Assembly: GCA_902591665.1 (NCBI GenBank)
Contig: CACJBO010000001.1
Span: 82,116 to 146,115, forward strand
DNA length: 64,000 nucleotides
Direction: 5' to 3'
From: an uncultured SAR86 cluster bacterium
GTDB taxonomy: Bacteria > Pseudomonadota > Gammaproteobacteria > Magnimaribacterales > D2472
Shown here: positions 1 to 10,417 of the stretch, piece after piece
How positions within the stretch are numbered: position 1 is the stretch's first letter
Layout of the letters: each line of letters opens with the position of its first letter
Translations under genes and position numbers: made by a program
The notes under the pieces: model-generated
Told to the model about the DNA's origin: nothing
The model's input: only the letters and a program-made list of their open reading frames with translations
Databases searched by the model: none

Positions 1-246
1 GCTAAAGAATCTATAAAGATGATCAAATCAACTGGAGCAACGCCAAAGATAATGATGGTTGGCTTAGATAGACAAGAAAGAGGAAGCGGAAATCTTTCTG
101 CTAGAAGAGAACTTGAAGAAGAGTTTGGCATGCAAGTAATATCTATAATTAATTTAGATACTTTGATTACATATTCTCAATCTAACTCAGGTTATGAAAC
201 ACATCTTGAGAGACTTCAAGCCTATAGAAACGAATGGGGGGCATAG
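1..246 (+). CDS. pyrE: Orotate phosphoribosyltransferase, C-terminal fragment (5' end lies outside the window)
   Basis: The frame is open from base 1. The tail ..LDRQERGSGNLSA..VISIINLDTLI..LQAYRNEWGA matches the conserved PyrE C-terminus (E. coli ..LDRQERGRGEISA..VISIITLKDLI..). Confidence 0.85.
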   Translation, partial: AKESIKMIKSTGATPKIMMVGLDRQERGSGNLSARRELEEEFGMQVISIINLDTLITYSQSNSGYETHLERLQAYRNEWGA

Positions 247-858
247 ATGTTTTCTGGCATAGTTTCTCACAAGGCAAAAGTATCAAAGGTACAGAATTTT
301 AATGATTTCATTCGCATTCATATTTCAACACCAAAAAACTTTAATAAGGGCTTAAAAAAAGGTGCTAGCATTTCGGTAAATGGAGTCTGTCTTACATCAA
401 AAGATAATGGTATTACAAATCTTAAATTTGATGTCATAGAAGAAACATTACTTAAAACCAACTTAAAAAATATTTCAAAGGGTGACATTGTAAATTTGGA
501 AAGATCAATTAAAGCTTCATCTGAAATAGGTGGCCATCTTATGTCAGGACATATTCATTTTACTGGAGAGGTAAAAAAAATATTTGAGAAAGAAAATACC
601 AAAGATATGAAAATATCAATTTCTAAGAATTATTCGGATTATGTTTTAGAGAAGGGTTATATTGGTATTAACGGTTGTAGCTTAACTATAGGAAAGGTTT
701 TCAAAAACCAATTTAACATTCATCTTATTCCTGAAACCCTTAAAATTACAAATTTAGACAAACTTGAAGAAAAAGATTTAGTGAATATTGAAATTGATCA
801 AACAACTATAGCAATAGTTGATACCGTTAAGAAAACCCTAGCTGCTCAAAAATCTTGA
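247..858 (+). CDS. ribE: Riboflavin synthase alpha chain
   Basis: MFSGIV.. N-terminus, GASISVNGVCLT, EIGGHLMSGHI and IHLIPETL motifs are typical of the duplicated lumazine-binding domains. Length is 203 aa. Confidence 0.9.
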   Translation: MFSGIVSHKAKVSKVQNFNDFIRIHISTPKNFNKGLKKGASISVNGVCLTSKDNGITNLKFDVIEETLLKTNLKNISKGDIVNLERSIKASSEIGGHLMSGHIHFTGEVKKIFEKENTKDMKISISKNYSDYVLEKGYIGINGCSLTIGKVFKNQFNIHLIPETLKITNLDKLEEKDLVNIEIDQTTIAIVDTVKKTLAAQKS

Positions 859-1743
859 TAAAACAGCCATTCGGATGGCAACACCATTTGCGATCTGGTT
901 TCTAATTACAGATTGTTCAGACTGGTACACGTTTTCTGAAATTTCTACATAATTCACAGGCCCAGGATGCATAATGATTGCATCGCCTTTGGCTTGCTCA
1001 AGCTTCTCAGATGTAAGTTGAAATGCTTGTTTGTATTCATCTAGGTCAAGATCAAGCGTTTCTTCAAACCTTTCATATTGTATTCTTAATGTCATGACCA
1101 CATCTGCATCATGAAGTGCTGTATCGAGATCAGGCTCATACCTTCCTAATACAGGATTGGTATATTTCGTAGACATGCTTGGATGACCGCAAAAAGTTAA
1201 TGAATTAAATGAGAAATTTGAGACGCCTTCAACAAAAGATGATGTTACCCTCGAGTGATCAAGATCACCAACAATAACTATATTAAGATCATCTATAGAA
1301 CCTTTATGCTCAATTATAGTCATTAGATCAATCAAGGCTTGGGTAGGATGAGATATGGAGCCCTCTCCTCCGTTGATAAATACCATTCCAGGCAGGTATT
1401 CTGCAAGATCCCTGATAACTGATTCAGGGTGTCTTAGGACACACAGATCTACACCCATTAAACTAAGTGCATCTACAGTCTCGTAAATTGATTCACCTTT
1501 TTCAACAGATGAATTTGAAATATCAAAACCTACAACTGAACAGCCAAGATTTTTGGCTGCTATTTCAAAAGAGGATTTAGTTCTTGTACTTGGCTCACAG
1601 AAAACATTAGCAATAGTTTTATCTGGAAATAAATTTTCTTTTCTAAAAGAGCCATCATCTTGTTTGAAATTTTTTGCAAATTCTATTAGATCTAAAATTT
1701 CTTTTTTAGATAAATCACTGATCGAAAGAAGATTTTTACTCAT
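838..1743 (-). CDS. pyrB: Aspartate carbamoyltransferase catalytic subunit
   Basis: STRTKSSFE carbamoyl-phosphate motif and HPTQALID motif. Length is 301 aa. No pyrI or pyrC' gene is adjacent. Confidence 0.9.
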   Translation of the reverse strand: MSKNLLSISDLSKKEILDLIEFAKNFKQDDGSFRKENLFPDKTIANVFCEPSTRTKSSFEIAAKNLGCSVVGFDISNSSVEKGESIYETVDALSLMGVDLCVLRHPESVIRDLAEYLPGMVFINGGEGSISHPTQALIDLMTIIEHKGSIDDLNIVIVGDLDHSRVTSSFVEGVSNFSFNSLTFCGHPSMSTKYTNPVLGRYEPDLDTALHDADVVMTLRIQYERFEETLDLDLDEYKQAFQLTSEKLEQAKGDAIIMHPGPVNYVEISENVYQSEQSVIRNQIANGVAIRMAVLSRFLSS

Positions 1744-2122
1744 GGCAAACTAAAACTGCATCCATTTCCACGTTAACTCCAAGCGGCAAGGCTGAAACTT
1801 CAACCGTTGCTCTTGCGGGATAAGGTTCTGAAAAATATTTTTGCATTGTTTCATTTACAACTGCAAAGTCATTCATATCAGTTATATAAATTGTAAGTTT
1901 TACAATATCAGCAAGCGACCCGTTAGCCTCTTCACATATTGCCGTAAGATTTTTTATTACCTGCTCTGCCTGATCTTGAATTGAGGCGTTCATCAAGTCT
2001 CCGGTCTCTGGGTTGATGGCAACTTGTCCAGACACAAATGTGAATCCTCCAGCAGAAACAGCTTGAGAGTATGGCCCTATGGCTTTTGGGGCATTTTCTG
2101 TGAAAATTATTTTCTTTGTCAT
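1736..2122 (-). CDS. ridA: RidA/YjgF family reactive enamine/imine deaminase
   Basis: APKAIGPYSQAV N-terminal signature. Length is 128 aa. It lies downstream of spoT, as in Pseudomonas. Confidence 0.85.
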   Translation of the reverse strand: MTKKIIFTENAPKAIGPYSQAVSAGGFTFVSGQVAINPETGDLMNASIQDQAEQVIKNLTAICEEANGSLADIVKLTIYITDMNDFAVVNETMQKYFSEPYPARATVEVSALPLGVNVEMDAVLVCHE

Positions 2123-2183
2123 GGTTTATATATTAGATTTATTTTTGATATGCATTGTACCTAAAATTAAATTTTAAGGTCTA

Positions 2184-4373
2184 TTATTTTTCGTTTATTA
2201 ATCTTGTGCAGCTTGTTGTTATTTTTTTTGATCTAATCTTCAACATTATATTATTCAATTCTTCAAGATCTTCAACATCTACCTCCATCTCAAATGAAGC
2301 AAATGTGCTATCAATATTTTTTGTATTAATTTGTTCAATATTTATGCCTGCCTTTGTGAAAACTGAAACTAAATCAGCCAAAACACCCATTTCATCAATA
2401 GTAACGATATTGATCTTTGCTGTGTAAACGTGAGTTTTGGTATTAACAGCCCACTTTCCTGGGATATACCTTGGATCTTTTGAGATAAATGGTGCAACCT
2501 GTTTGCATCTTTTATGATGAATAACAATCCCTCTTTCTGTATCAGAGTGGGCTATTACAGGGTCTTTATAGACAGGGTGACAACATTTTGCAAAAACAAC
2601 CGAAACTCCCTCAATATGATTATCATGAATAAAAACAGGTTTAATTTTCTTGGCGTCTGTGTCTTTTCTAATCTTTAATCCAGAATAAAATCTCTCAGCA
2701 ACAATATTGCCAGTTCTTTTACCTGAACCTAATTCAGTAAGAAGCTTGTTTAGAGATGAAACTCCTATTGAATCAAGAACTCTCTTCAAAGTACTGCCTC
2801 TGTAATCTTTTAAAGACTTTCCAGATCTTTGTAACTCAGATTCCAACATAAACTTCCCAGCTTTTCTTGCTGATGAAACTTTTTGATTTCTTAGTCTGGC
2901 CCTAACTCCGCTTCTAGCTTTACCTGTTACAACAAAGTTTAGCCATGCAGGATCTGCTTCAACTGTTTTGCTTGATGTAATAATTTCAACTGTCTGACCG
3001 CTTTCTAGTTCAACATTTAAAGGAGCCTCTCTTCTATTTACTTTACAGCCCACAATACTATCGCCAAGGCCAGTATGTACTTCATACGCGAAATCTATTG
3101 GAGTAGCTCCCGCCTTTAAGGCATAAATATCTCCTTTAGGAGAGAATAAATAGACCTCTTCAGAATCAAGATCTTTCTTAAGAGAATCAGCAAACTCTGT
3201 AGGGTTTGATGATTTCTTTTGCAAATCAATAAGACTTGATAACCATCTGCTAGCTCTTAACCCTGTTCCAATACCAGCATCATCATCTGTTTTATAACTC
3301 CAATGTGCTGCGATACCCATATTGGCCGTTGCCCACATGCTTCTTGTTTGAATTTGAACCTCTATGGGAAAAGCATCTAGCGCAAGTAAGCTTGTGTGCA
3401 AGGCTTGATAACCATTAGTTTTTGGAATAGCTATATAGTCCTTAAATTTATTTTCAATTGGTGAGAAATAATTATGAATAATGCCTAAAGATCTATAACA
3501 GTCATCAACAGAATCTACCAAAATTCTGAAACCGTATACATCAAGTATTTCTGAAAATGGTTTATGTTTGGTTTTAATTTTATTGTAGATACTATAAAGA
3601 TTTTTTTCTCTTCCCTTTACACCAGCATCTTCGATTCCGTTAGATTTAAGTCGGCTTTTAAGTTCTTTCCTTATTTTTTGTACTATTTTTTTTCTTCCGC
3701 CACTTGAAGTCTTAATTGCACTTTTTAATAAATCAGCACGCATTGGGTGAAGGCATTTAAAAGCCCTATCCTCGAGTTCTGCCCTTATGTCTTGCATACC
3801 CACTCTTAGTGCCAATGGACCATATAAATCTAAAGTCTCTTTTGATTTTTGTATTTGTTTCTTTCTTGGAACAAATTCGATGGTCCTCATATTGTGCAGC
3901 CTGTCACACAATTTAACTAAAATAACTCTCACATCATTTGCCATTGCTAATGCCATTTTTTGTAGATTATTGGCATTCTTGTCAGCTACATTTTTAAGAT
4001 CTATTTTTCCTAACTTGCTTACCCCATCAACAATATGAGCTACATCATCACCAAACATTTTAGCTAGGTTGCTTTTTTGTACATTACAATCTTCGAGCAC
4101 ATCATGCATTAATGCTGCGCATATGGAATCACTGTCCATTTTTAGCTCAAGTAATATTTCTGTTACTGCTACTGGATGAGTTATATAGTCTGAGCCATCT
4201 TTTCTTTTTTGACCCATGTGAGCATAAAAAGCAAATGAGTAAGCTTTCTGGATTTTTTTTATATCTTCAGAACTTAGGTATGTTTTACAAGTTTTATAGA
4301 GAGATGACGGCAGTTTTAATAGACTTTTATCGGAAAAATTAATCAGATGATTTGGGAGAACCGATTCACTCAA
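2184..4373 (-). CDS. spoT: Bifunctional (p)ppGpp synthetase/hydrolase
   Basis: HD hydrolase domain (HPVAVTEIL .. HDVLED), RelA/SpoT synthetase core, and TGS and ACT-like C-terminus. gmk-rpoZ-spoT synteny. Confidence 0.85.
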   Translation of the reverse strand: MSESVLPNHLINFSDKSLLKLPSSLYKTCKTYLSSEDIKKIQKAYSFAFYAHMGQKRKDGSDYITHPVAVTEILLELKMDSDSICAALMHDVLEDCNVQKSNLAKMFGDDVAHIVDGVSKLGKIDLKNVADKNANNLQKMALAMANDVRVILVKLCDRLHNMRTIEFVPRKKQIQKSKETLDLYGPLALRVGMQDIRAELEDRAFKCLHPMRADLLKSAIKTSSGGRKKIVQKIRKELKSRLKSNGIEDAGVKGREKNLYSIYNKIKTKHKPFSEILDVYGFRILVDSVDDCYRSLGIIHNYFSPIENKFKDYIAIPKTNGYQALHTSLLALDAFPIEVQIQTRSMWATANMGIAAHWSYKTDDDAGIGTGLRASRWLSSLIDLQKKSSNPTEFADSLKKDLDSEEVYLFSPKGDIYALKAGATPIDFAYEVHTGLGDSIVGCKVNRREAPLNVELESGQTVEIITSSKTVEADPAWLNFVVTGKARSGVRARLRNQKVSSARKAGKFMLESELQRSGKSLKDYRGSTLKRVLDSIGVSSLNKLLTELGSGKRTGNIVAERFYSGLKIRKDTDAKKIKPVFIHDNHIEGVSVVFAKCCHPVYKDPVIAHSDTERGIVIHHKRCKQVAPFISKDPRYIPGKWAVNTKTHVYTAKINIVTIDEMGVLADLVSVFTKAGINIEQINTKNIDSTFASFEMEVDVEDLEELNNIMLKIRSKKITTSCTRLINEK

Positions 4374-4393
4374 ATTAGTTCTCCAAAATTCAT

Positions 4394-4663
4394 TTATTCA
4401 ACTGTTTCTGTTTCTTCAGTACCCGGTGCTGCAAAACCATCTAACAATACATCTTCTTCTAGAGTTCTATCTAGTGTTTCTTTATCAAGAAGACCTGCTT
4501 CAATTTCTCTAAGTGCGACTAATGTTGGTTTATCGTTGTCCCACTCTACCAAAGGGTCCCTGCTAGTAGTTGTTAGCTGCCTAGCTCTTTTTGATGCCAT
4601 GATGATAAGATCAAATCTACTTGGTACAACCTGTAAACAATCTTCTACTGTAATTCTAGCCAT
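4394..4663 (-). CDS. rpoZ: DNA-directed RNA polymerase subunit omega
   Basis: [10 protein letters not shown].. and SKRARQL motif. Length is 89 aa. It lies between gmk and spoT. Confidence 0.9.
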   Translation of the reverse strand: MARITVEDCLQVVPSRFDLIIMASKRARQLTTTSRDPLVEWDNDKPTLVALREIEAGLLDKETLDRTLEEDVLLDGFAAPGTEETETVE

Positions 4664-4704
4664 ATAATTTCTCCTAGGGAGCGTATTCTATTTCTAATAA
4701 GCTA

Positions 4705-5322
4705 TTAAGACAACATATCTCTTAATATCTTAATATTTATTTTATCGTTATTTTTGGGTGATTTTCCATTAATAATAATATTAACTATTTCCTCATAGGC
4801 TTGTTCGAAGTTATCATTTAAAACTCTGTAATCAAATTCTTCAGCACACCTCAACTCTTCCTTCGCATTTTCAAGCCTGGTATCAATTACGTTTTCTGAA
4901 TCTAGGCCCCTTGTTAGGAGTCTTTTTTCTAGCTCTTCAATGCTTGGAGGAATAATAAATATTGAAATATGATCGATGCCAGTTTTTTTTATTAGCTTAA
5001 AGCCTTGAACGTCGATATCACAAATTACATTTATTCCTTTATTTAACCTTTCATCAATATATTTATGTAAAGTACCGTATTGATAGTTGTGAACAATTGC
5101 ACATTCAATAAAAGCATCCTCTTCTTTCAATGAATTAAACTCCTTTTCGGTAACAAAAAAATAATGCTTACCCTCTACCTCTCCTTCTCTTGGAGATCTT
5201 GTGGTAGCTGATATTGAAAGCTCAATATTTTCAAAGTTGGCAAGGATTGATTGAATTAAAGAAGATTTTCCTGCGCCAGATGGAGCAGCAACAACGAATA
5301 ACTTCCCCTTTCTATTATTCAA
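4705..5322 (-). CDS. gmk: Guanylate kinase
   Basis: P-loop APSGAGKSSL and TTRSPREGE motif. Length is 205 aa. Confidence 0.9.
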   Translation of the reverse strand: MNNRKGKLFVVAAPSGAGKSSLIQSILANFENIELSISATTRSPREGEVEGKHYFFVTEKEFNSLKEEDAFIECAIVHNYQYGTLHKYIDERLNKGINVICDIDVQGFKLIKKTGIDHISIFIIPPSIEELEKRLLTRGLDSENVIDTRLENAKEELRCAEEFDYRVLNDNFEQAYEEIVNIIINGKSPKNNDKINIKILRDMLS

Positions 5323-6166
5323 TATTTTGAGCCTGCTCGCGCATTTCCTCGACTATAAGCTTCATATCTAATGCTATTTGTTTATATTTAGGTATATCTA
5401 ATTTAACTGATAACGTACTGGTCTCTCTGAATAGTTCTTGTAATATAAAATCTATTTTTTTTCCGCTTCCACTTCTGGATACCAATTCCTTTTTTAAAGA
5501 TGAGGTATGAAAATTTATTCTTTCTATTTCCTCTGCAACATCATGCTTTAAAGCGAGCAAGGCCACTTCTTGAGCAAGCCTGTCATTATCAACAGTTTCA
5601 CATATATTATGAACTTTCTTTTTAAGAGATTCAGATCTTATTTTTAATAATTTTTTATTAGAGCTTTCTAGCTTAGAAATACACTTATTAATTTTATTTA
5701 ATTTAGATAAAAATAATTTATTTATTTTTTCTCCTTCTGCAGCTCTACTTAATAGAAAGGTTTTAAAAGCATCTTTAAAAACTTTCTTTATTAAGTTTTG
5801 GTTAACTTGAACTTTTTGTTCTGTCTTAATAATTCCAGGAATGTCTTTAATATCTGAGAAAGTTAGCTTTTTAATTTCTAAAAGCTTAACTTCATCAATT
5901 GATTTGCTTAAATTTCTTAAAGACTCTTTATTAATTATGTATGAATTGCTAGATGGAAATCTTAACTTTAGTCTTATGTCTAATGTTCCTCTTTTAACCT
6001 TTTTACTAATGGCATCTCTAATAAATAGATCAAGCTCACTGCTAATATCGTTAGGCTTGATAGACATATCTAAGAATCTGTGATTGACTGATTTAATTTC
6101 ACAGTAAATTTCTGTTTCTTTGTTTATATGCCTTGAATGCCCAAAGCCCGTCATACTTGATGTCAT
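5315..6166 (-). CDS. yicC: YicC family stress-induced protein
   Basis: SMTGFG N-terminus and C-terminal LRE(Q)xQNIE-type end are typical of the YicC/DUF1732 family. It lies upstream of gmk. Confidence 0.8.
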   Translation of the reverse strand: MTSSMTGFGHSRHINKETEIYCEIKSVNHRFLDMSIKPNDISSELDLFIRDAISKKVKRGTLDIRLKLRFPSSNSYIINKESLRNLSKSIDEVKLLEIKKLTFSDIKDIPGIIKTEQKVQVNQNLIKKVFKDAFKTFLLSRAAEGEKINKLFLSKLNKINKCISKLESSNKKLLKIRSESLKKKVHNICETVDNDRLAQEVALLALKHDVAEEIERINFHTSSLKKELVSRSGSGKKIDFILQELFRETSTLSVKLDIPKYKQIALDMKLIVEEMREQAQNIE

Positions 6167-6212
6167 AACTTTATTGTATTTTGCCTAGAGTTATTGTTCT
6201 AGTTTAATTTTT

Positions 6213-6881
6213 TTAAAATTTAAATCCTGTCTGTTTTAACTTGGTATTTATAATTGATTTTTCAGAAAAAAGAATTTCTGAATCCTCAGAACAGTTAATA
6301 ATATTAGCCCGGCTGCTTTCAGATTTGTATTCAATAAAATGAGCTATTATTTTTGCAGCTTGATCTCTATGTAATTTATTATGAGAAGTCTTTTTTGATT
6401 GGTTGTCGTATAAACCTGAGAATCTAAGAATGGTGAGTTTAGGCCCAAATATTTGGGATAAAGCTATTTCATATTCTAGGATCAATTTGCCTCTAAATTC
6501 AGAGGGTTTTTCTATTGATTTTTCATCTACAGCACCTTTATGGTGACCGCCATAGACTCTAGTAGAAGATATTGCAATTACCTTATTGATATTTAGATTT
6601 GATAGAAGGTTTAAGATATTTTTTGTGGCAATTATAAAGCCATCTTTATAACCTTTCTCGTCAAGGCTGCTAGGCTTGGGTATTATTATTGCTGAATCAA
6701 AATTTTTAGCTTTTAAATCAATTTTTTTATCTGAAAGCCAATCCCAGTTAAATTTGTTTATATTTGGATTATTAGAATCATTTCTTGAAATAGCAGAAAT
6801 ATTTATTGATTCAGCACCGATAACTTTAATTAACCTTTTGGCAATATCTCCATAGCCTATTATTAGGATATTTTTTTGCAT
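6213..6881 (-). CDS. NAD(P)-binding Rossmann-fold protein (SDR/epimerase-like), specific function unknown
   Basis: N-terminal ILIIGYGDIAKRL dinucleotide-binding pattern. Length is 222 aa. No diagnostic catalytic motif recognised. Confidence 0.45.
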   Translation of the reverse strand: MQKNILIIGYGDIAKRLIKVIGAESINISAISRNDSNNPNINKFNWDWLSDKKIDLKAKNFDSAIIIPKPSSLDEKGYKDGFIIATKNILNLLSNLNINKVIAISSTRVYGGHHKGAVDEKSIEKPSEFRGKLILEYEIALSQIFGPKLTILRFSGLYDNQSKKTSHNKLHRDQAAKIIAHFIEYKSESSRANIINCSEDSEILFSEKSIINTKLKQTGFKF

Positions 6882-6898
6882 CAGTTAATTTTACACAT

Positions 6899-6922
6899 GA
6901 TCCAGAGAAGAATCTCTGGATC
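6899..6922. repeat. Perfect 10-bp inverted repeat with 4-nt loop (GATCCAGAGA-agaa-TCTCTGGATC)
   Basis: Read directly from the sequence. It lies between the hppA stop and the next minus-strand start. Both arms end in GATC. A T-rich tract follows only on the plus strand (tgtgtttattt). Confidence 0.6.
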
Positions 6923-6941
6923 TGTGTTTATTTAGAAAAAA

Positions 6942-8924
6942 TTATATGCTTAGAAGCGGAGCTATAACCAAACTGACGATTGCCATAACATTAATTAAAA
7001 TGTTCATGGACGGGCCTGATGTATCTTTAAAGGGGTCGCCAACCGTGTCACCAACAACTGCTGCCGCATGTGTGTCAGAACCCTTGCCACCGAGATTGCC
7101 CTTTTCAACATATTTCTTTGCGTTGTCCCATGCTCCACCAGCATTAGCCATCATAAGTGCAAGCGATACACAGCCAAGAAGACCTCCTGCTAACATGCCT
7201 CCTAAAGCTTGTGCTCCAAGACCAAAACCAACAATTGCTGGCATTGATACTGCTATTATTCCTGGCCATACCATTTTCTTTAAAGCAGCTTCAGTAGCAA
7301 TTTCAACACATTTTTCAGAATCAGGTTCTGCTGTGCCTTCCATTAACCCAGGTATTTCTCTAAATTGTCTTCTTATTTCATTAATCATTTCAAAAGCAGC
7401 ATCACCAACAGCTGTCATGGTTATTGAAGAAACCAAGAAAGGTATACACACTCCAATAAACATCCCAACTAAAACAATTGGCTCTGTCAGAGCTAATGTA
7501 AATGAAGGATTTTTAGCCCCTACAACAGCTGAAAATGCCGAAATAATAGCTAGAGCAGCTAGAGCTGCGGCCCCAATTGCGAAACCTTTTCCAATTGCAG
7601 CAGTAGTATTTCCTAATTCGTCTAGAGAATCAGTAATTTCTCTAACCTCTTCACCCATACCTGACATCTCAGCAATACCTCCAGCATTATCTGCAACAGG
7701 ACCATATGCATCAATCGCCATTGTGATACCTACAGTTGCAAGCATGCCAACTGCGGCAATTCCAACACCATAAATACCTGATAATTGAGTTGAGACAAGA
7801 ATAATTCCAGCCAAAATAACAATAGGTATTACAACAGACTGCATTCCAACAGATAATCCAGAAATCATTACTGTCGCAGAACCAGTTTCTCCTGATTCAG
7901 CAATTTTTTTCACAGGACTTCCACCTGTGTAATATTCTGTGATGAGTCCTATTAATACCCCACCAACAGCTCCGGCAATTACACACCACCAAACATTCAT
8001 TCCAACTCCATTAAAAGAATCGATAATAAAATAGGCCATTGCTACAAATATTACTGGAGCCAAAAGTGTGCCAGATCTTAAAGCACTTGCAGGTGCTTTC
8101 GCAGATTGAAGTTTTACTATGAATATACCAATAATTGATGCTATCAAACCAGTTGATGCTAGTGCCAGGGGAAGCATCATCATGTCTTCGTTGCCTAAAG
8201 TATATGCTATTGCTATTGATGCGATCATAGAACCGCAATATGATTCAAATATATCTGATCCCATTCCAGCTACATCACCAACATTGTCACCAACATTGTC
8301 AGCGATAACGCCTGGATTTCGTGGATCATCTTCAGGAATTCCAGCTTCAACCTTACCAACAAGATCAGCTCCAACATCTGCACTCTTTGTAAAAATTCCA
8401 CCACCTACTCTAGAAAATAGAGCTACTATAGATGCACCCATGGCAAAACCTTCAAGTTTATGTGGGTCAATACCTGCTGGAACATAAAAATAATATAAAG
8501 CTCCTAAACCTATTAAGCCCAATGATGCAACACATAATCCCATTATTGAGCCACCATAAAATGAGACTGACAAAGCTGCTGCAGGACCATCTTTTTGTGC
8601 TGCTGTTGCTGTTCTGACATTTGCTTTAGTAGCTGCATACATGCCAATAAAACCAGCAACTGATGAACAAATTGCTCCGATAATTATAGATATTGCTGTA
8701 TAAGGCCCAAGCGCGAACCATGCCAAAAGAACTATAACCACAATAAAAATCGTCAAGTATTTATATTCGGTTTTCATAAAAGCAAGTGCACCAGCATGAA
8801 TCTGATCACCAATTTTTTTTACTTTATCTTCGCCGTCTGGATATTTCATCACTAGCATATAAACTAGAGCTGCTGCTAACATTCCAACAACGCCTAAGAC
8901 CGGTGGTAAAAGTAAAGTATTCAT
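6942..8924 (-). CDS. hppA: Membrane-bound pyrophosphate-energised cation pump (H+/Na+-PPase), K+-dependent-type signature
   Basis: [25 protein letters not shown] and [14 protein letters not shown] motifs. I chose the start at 8924 (MNTLLLPP..) because a GGGGA Shine-Dalgarno-like element precedes it. An alternative ATG is at 8954. Confidence 0.9.
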   Translation of the reverse strand: MNTLLLPPVLGVVGMLAAALVYMLVMKYPDGEDKVKKIGDQIHAGALAFMKTEYKYLTIFIVVIVLLAWFALGPYTAISIIIGAICSSVAGFIGMYAATKANVRTATAAQKDGPAAALSVSFYGGSIMGLCVASLGLIGLGALYYFYVPAGIDPHKLEGFAMGASIVALFSRVGGGIFTKSADVGADLVGKVEAGIPEDDPRNPGVIADNVGDNVGDVAGMGSDIFESYCGSMIASIAIAYTLGNEDMMMLPLALASTGLIASIIGIFIVKLQSAKAPASALRSGTLLAPVIFVAMAYFIIDSFNGVGMNVWWCVIAGAVGGVLIGLITEYYTGGSPVKKIAESGETGSATVMISGLSVGMQSVVIPIVILAGIILVSTQLSGIYGVGIAAVGMLATVGITMAIDAYGPVADNAGGIAEMSGMGEEVREITDSLDELGNTTAAIGKGFAIGAAALAALAIISAFSAVVGAKNPSFTLALTEPIVLVGMFIGVCIPFLVSSITMTAVGDAAFEMINEIRRQFREIPGLMEGTAEPDSEKCVEIATEAALKKMVWPGIIAVSMPAIVGFGLGAQALGGMLAGGLLGCVSLALMMANAGGAWDNAKKYVEKGNLGGKGSDTHAAAVVGDTVGDPFKDTSGPSMNILINVMAIVSLVIAPLLSI

Positions 8925-8990
8925 CAATATATCCCCATTTTTAAAAAGATGCATTCTAGCAAATTATTATAAAAAAGACGTTGTTTTTAA

Positions 8991-10241
8991 TTATTTATTG
9001 AATAAATTTTTATCAATTAGGTTCTCTGTATCTGCAACTATACATGCAACAGCAGCATCTCCTGTTACGTTAACTGAAGTACGTAACATATCTAAAATTC
9101 TATCAACAGCTAAAATTATTCCAATAGCTTCAAGCGGCAAGCCAAATTGCTGCAAAATAATTACTAAGGTTATTGTTCCTGCTGAGGGAACTGCCGCAGT
9201 ACCAATTGAAGTTACAACAGCAAGAATCACTACTTGGATGTATTGAAAAAGCGTTAAGTCTATTCCAGACATTTGTGCGATAAAAACTGTAGCCATGCCC
9301 TGCATAATTGCAGTTCCATCCATATTAATTGTAGCTCCAACAGGAATTACAAAAGAGGAAACATTTTTATTTACCCCTAAATCATCTTGGACAGTTTTTA
9401 GTGTTACAGGAATGGTTGCTGCGCTTGAGGATGTTGAAAAAGCAAATATAGCAACATCTTTCATTTTTTTGTAAAAAGTAGGCAAGCTTAGGTTAGTAAA
9501 TAACTTTAGGATTAGTGAATAGGTAAAAATTGCATGAATTAATAGTACTATTATTAGTAAAAGTACATATTTAAATGCCTCTTGGAAGATATCTAATCCA
9601 TCTGTAATTACAAATTTACCAATTAAGCAAAACACCCCAATTGGTGCAAAAGATATAACCATTATGACTAGCTGCATAAACACAGTATTTAGTTTTTCAA
9701 AAGATTCGCTGAAGTTATTTGTAAGATGGTTTGTTTTATTCAATGCAAGGCCAAATAAGATGCTAAAGAAAACAACTGCTAGCATCTGATTTTGTGCCAT
9801 AGCTTCAATGATGTTTGATGGAAAAATATCTAGAATTGTTTCATATATTCCCTGACCTTTTGGTAGTTGGTCTGGTGGTGCAATTTCTGATGAATACCCT
9901 GCACCTGGTTTAAAGATGGAGCCAATAAATAAAGATAGAGAAACAGCTATAGCGGTAGTTGATAAATAAAGAATAATTGTTTTTAAAGTTATATTGCCTA
10001 AGCTTTGCATGCTGGTAAGAGATGAGATACCAGATACTAAAGAGAAGAATACCAAAGGAACAATTAAAAGCTTAAGTAGATTTATAAAAATAGCACTACC
10101 TAAATTAAAGACATATACTTTAATAAATTCTAGGAAACTTTCTGAGAAAAAACTTACATAGTATAGAAGAGAGCCAACTACAAAACCCAAAAACATTCCA
10201 AGTAAAATATTTCTTGTTAAATTTTTGGGAGTTTCAATCAT
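8991..10241 (-). CDS. Dicarboxylate/amino acid:cation symporter (DAACS, GltP/DctA-like)
   Basis: About 8 TM segments plus re-entrant loop motifs ([15 protein letters not shown]). Length is 416 aa. Confidence 0.85.
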   Translation of the reverse strand: MIETPKNLTRNILLGMFLGFVVGSLLYYVSFFSESFLEFIKVYVFNLGSAIFINLLKLLIVPLVFFSLVSGISSLTSMQSLGNITLKTIILYLSTTAIAVSLSLFIGSIFKPGAGYSSEIAPPDQLPKGQGIYETILDIFPSNIIEAMAQNQMLAVVFFSILFGLALNKTNHLTNNFSESFEKLNTVFMQLVIMVISFAPIGVFCLIGKFVITDGLDIFQEAFKYVLLLIIVLLIHAIFTYSLILKLFTNLSLPTFYKKMKDVAIFAFSTSSSAATIPVTLKTVQDDLGVNKNVSSFVIPVGATINMDGTAIMQGMATVFIAQMSGIDLTLFQYIQVVILAVVTSIGTAAVPSAGTITLVIILQQFGLPLEAIGIILAVDRILDMLRTSVNVTGDAAVACIVADTENLIDKNLFNK

Positions 10242-10417
10242 TCTATCTCAATCATATCAAAGTCTTCTTTTCCAACGCCACACTCTGGACACAACCAATC
10301 TTCAGGCACGTCTTCCCATCTTGTCCCAGGCTCTATTCCATCTTCAGGCCAACCCAAAGCTTCATCATATATTAGACCACAAACAATACATTCATACTTT
10401 TTTAATTTCATATCCAT
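10238..10417 (-). CDS. rubA: Rubredoxin (59 aa; absent from the ORF track because it is under 60 aa)
   Basis: My translation of the minus strand is [59 protein letters not shown]. It has the two CxxCG knuckles and conserved aromatic residues. Its TGA overlaps the ATG of the downstream symporter (ATGA). Confidence 0.85.
   Translation of the reverse strand: MDMKLKKYECIVCGLIYDEALGWPEDGIEPGTRWEDVPEDWLCPECGVGKEDFDMIEIE

Noticed and set aside
2155-4667. Plus-strand ORFs 2155-2427, 3787-4038, 4112-4342 and 4347-4667
   Set aside because: All lie antisense within spoT/rpoZ. They are hydrophobic or low-complexity translations typical of shadow frames in AT-rich DNA.
6946-7773. 275-aa ORF on the plus strand, plus 8119-8487 and 8432-8617, inside hppA
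   Set aside because: They are antisense shadow ORFs of a Gly/Ala-rich membrane protein gene. The translations are low-complexity Pro/Ala/Ser-rich with no motifs, and the minus-strand PPase call is unambiguous.
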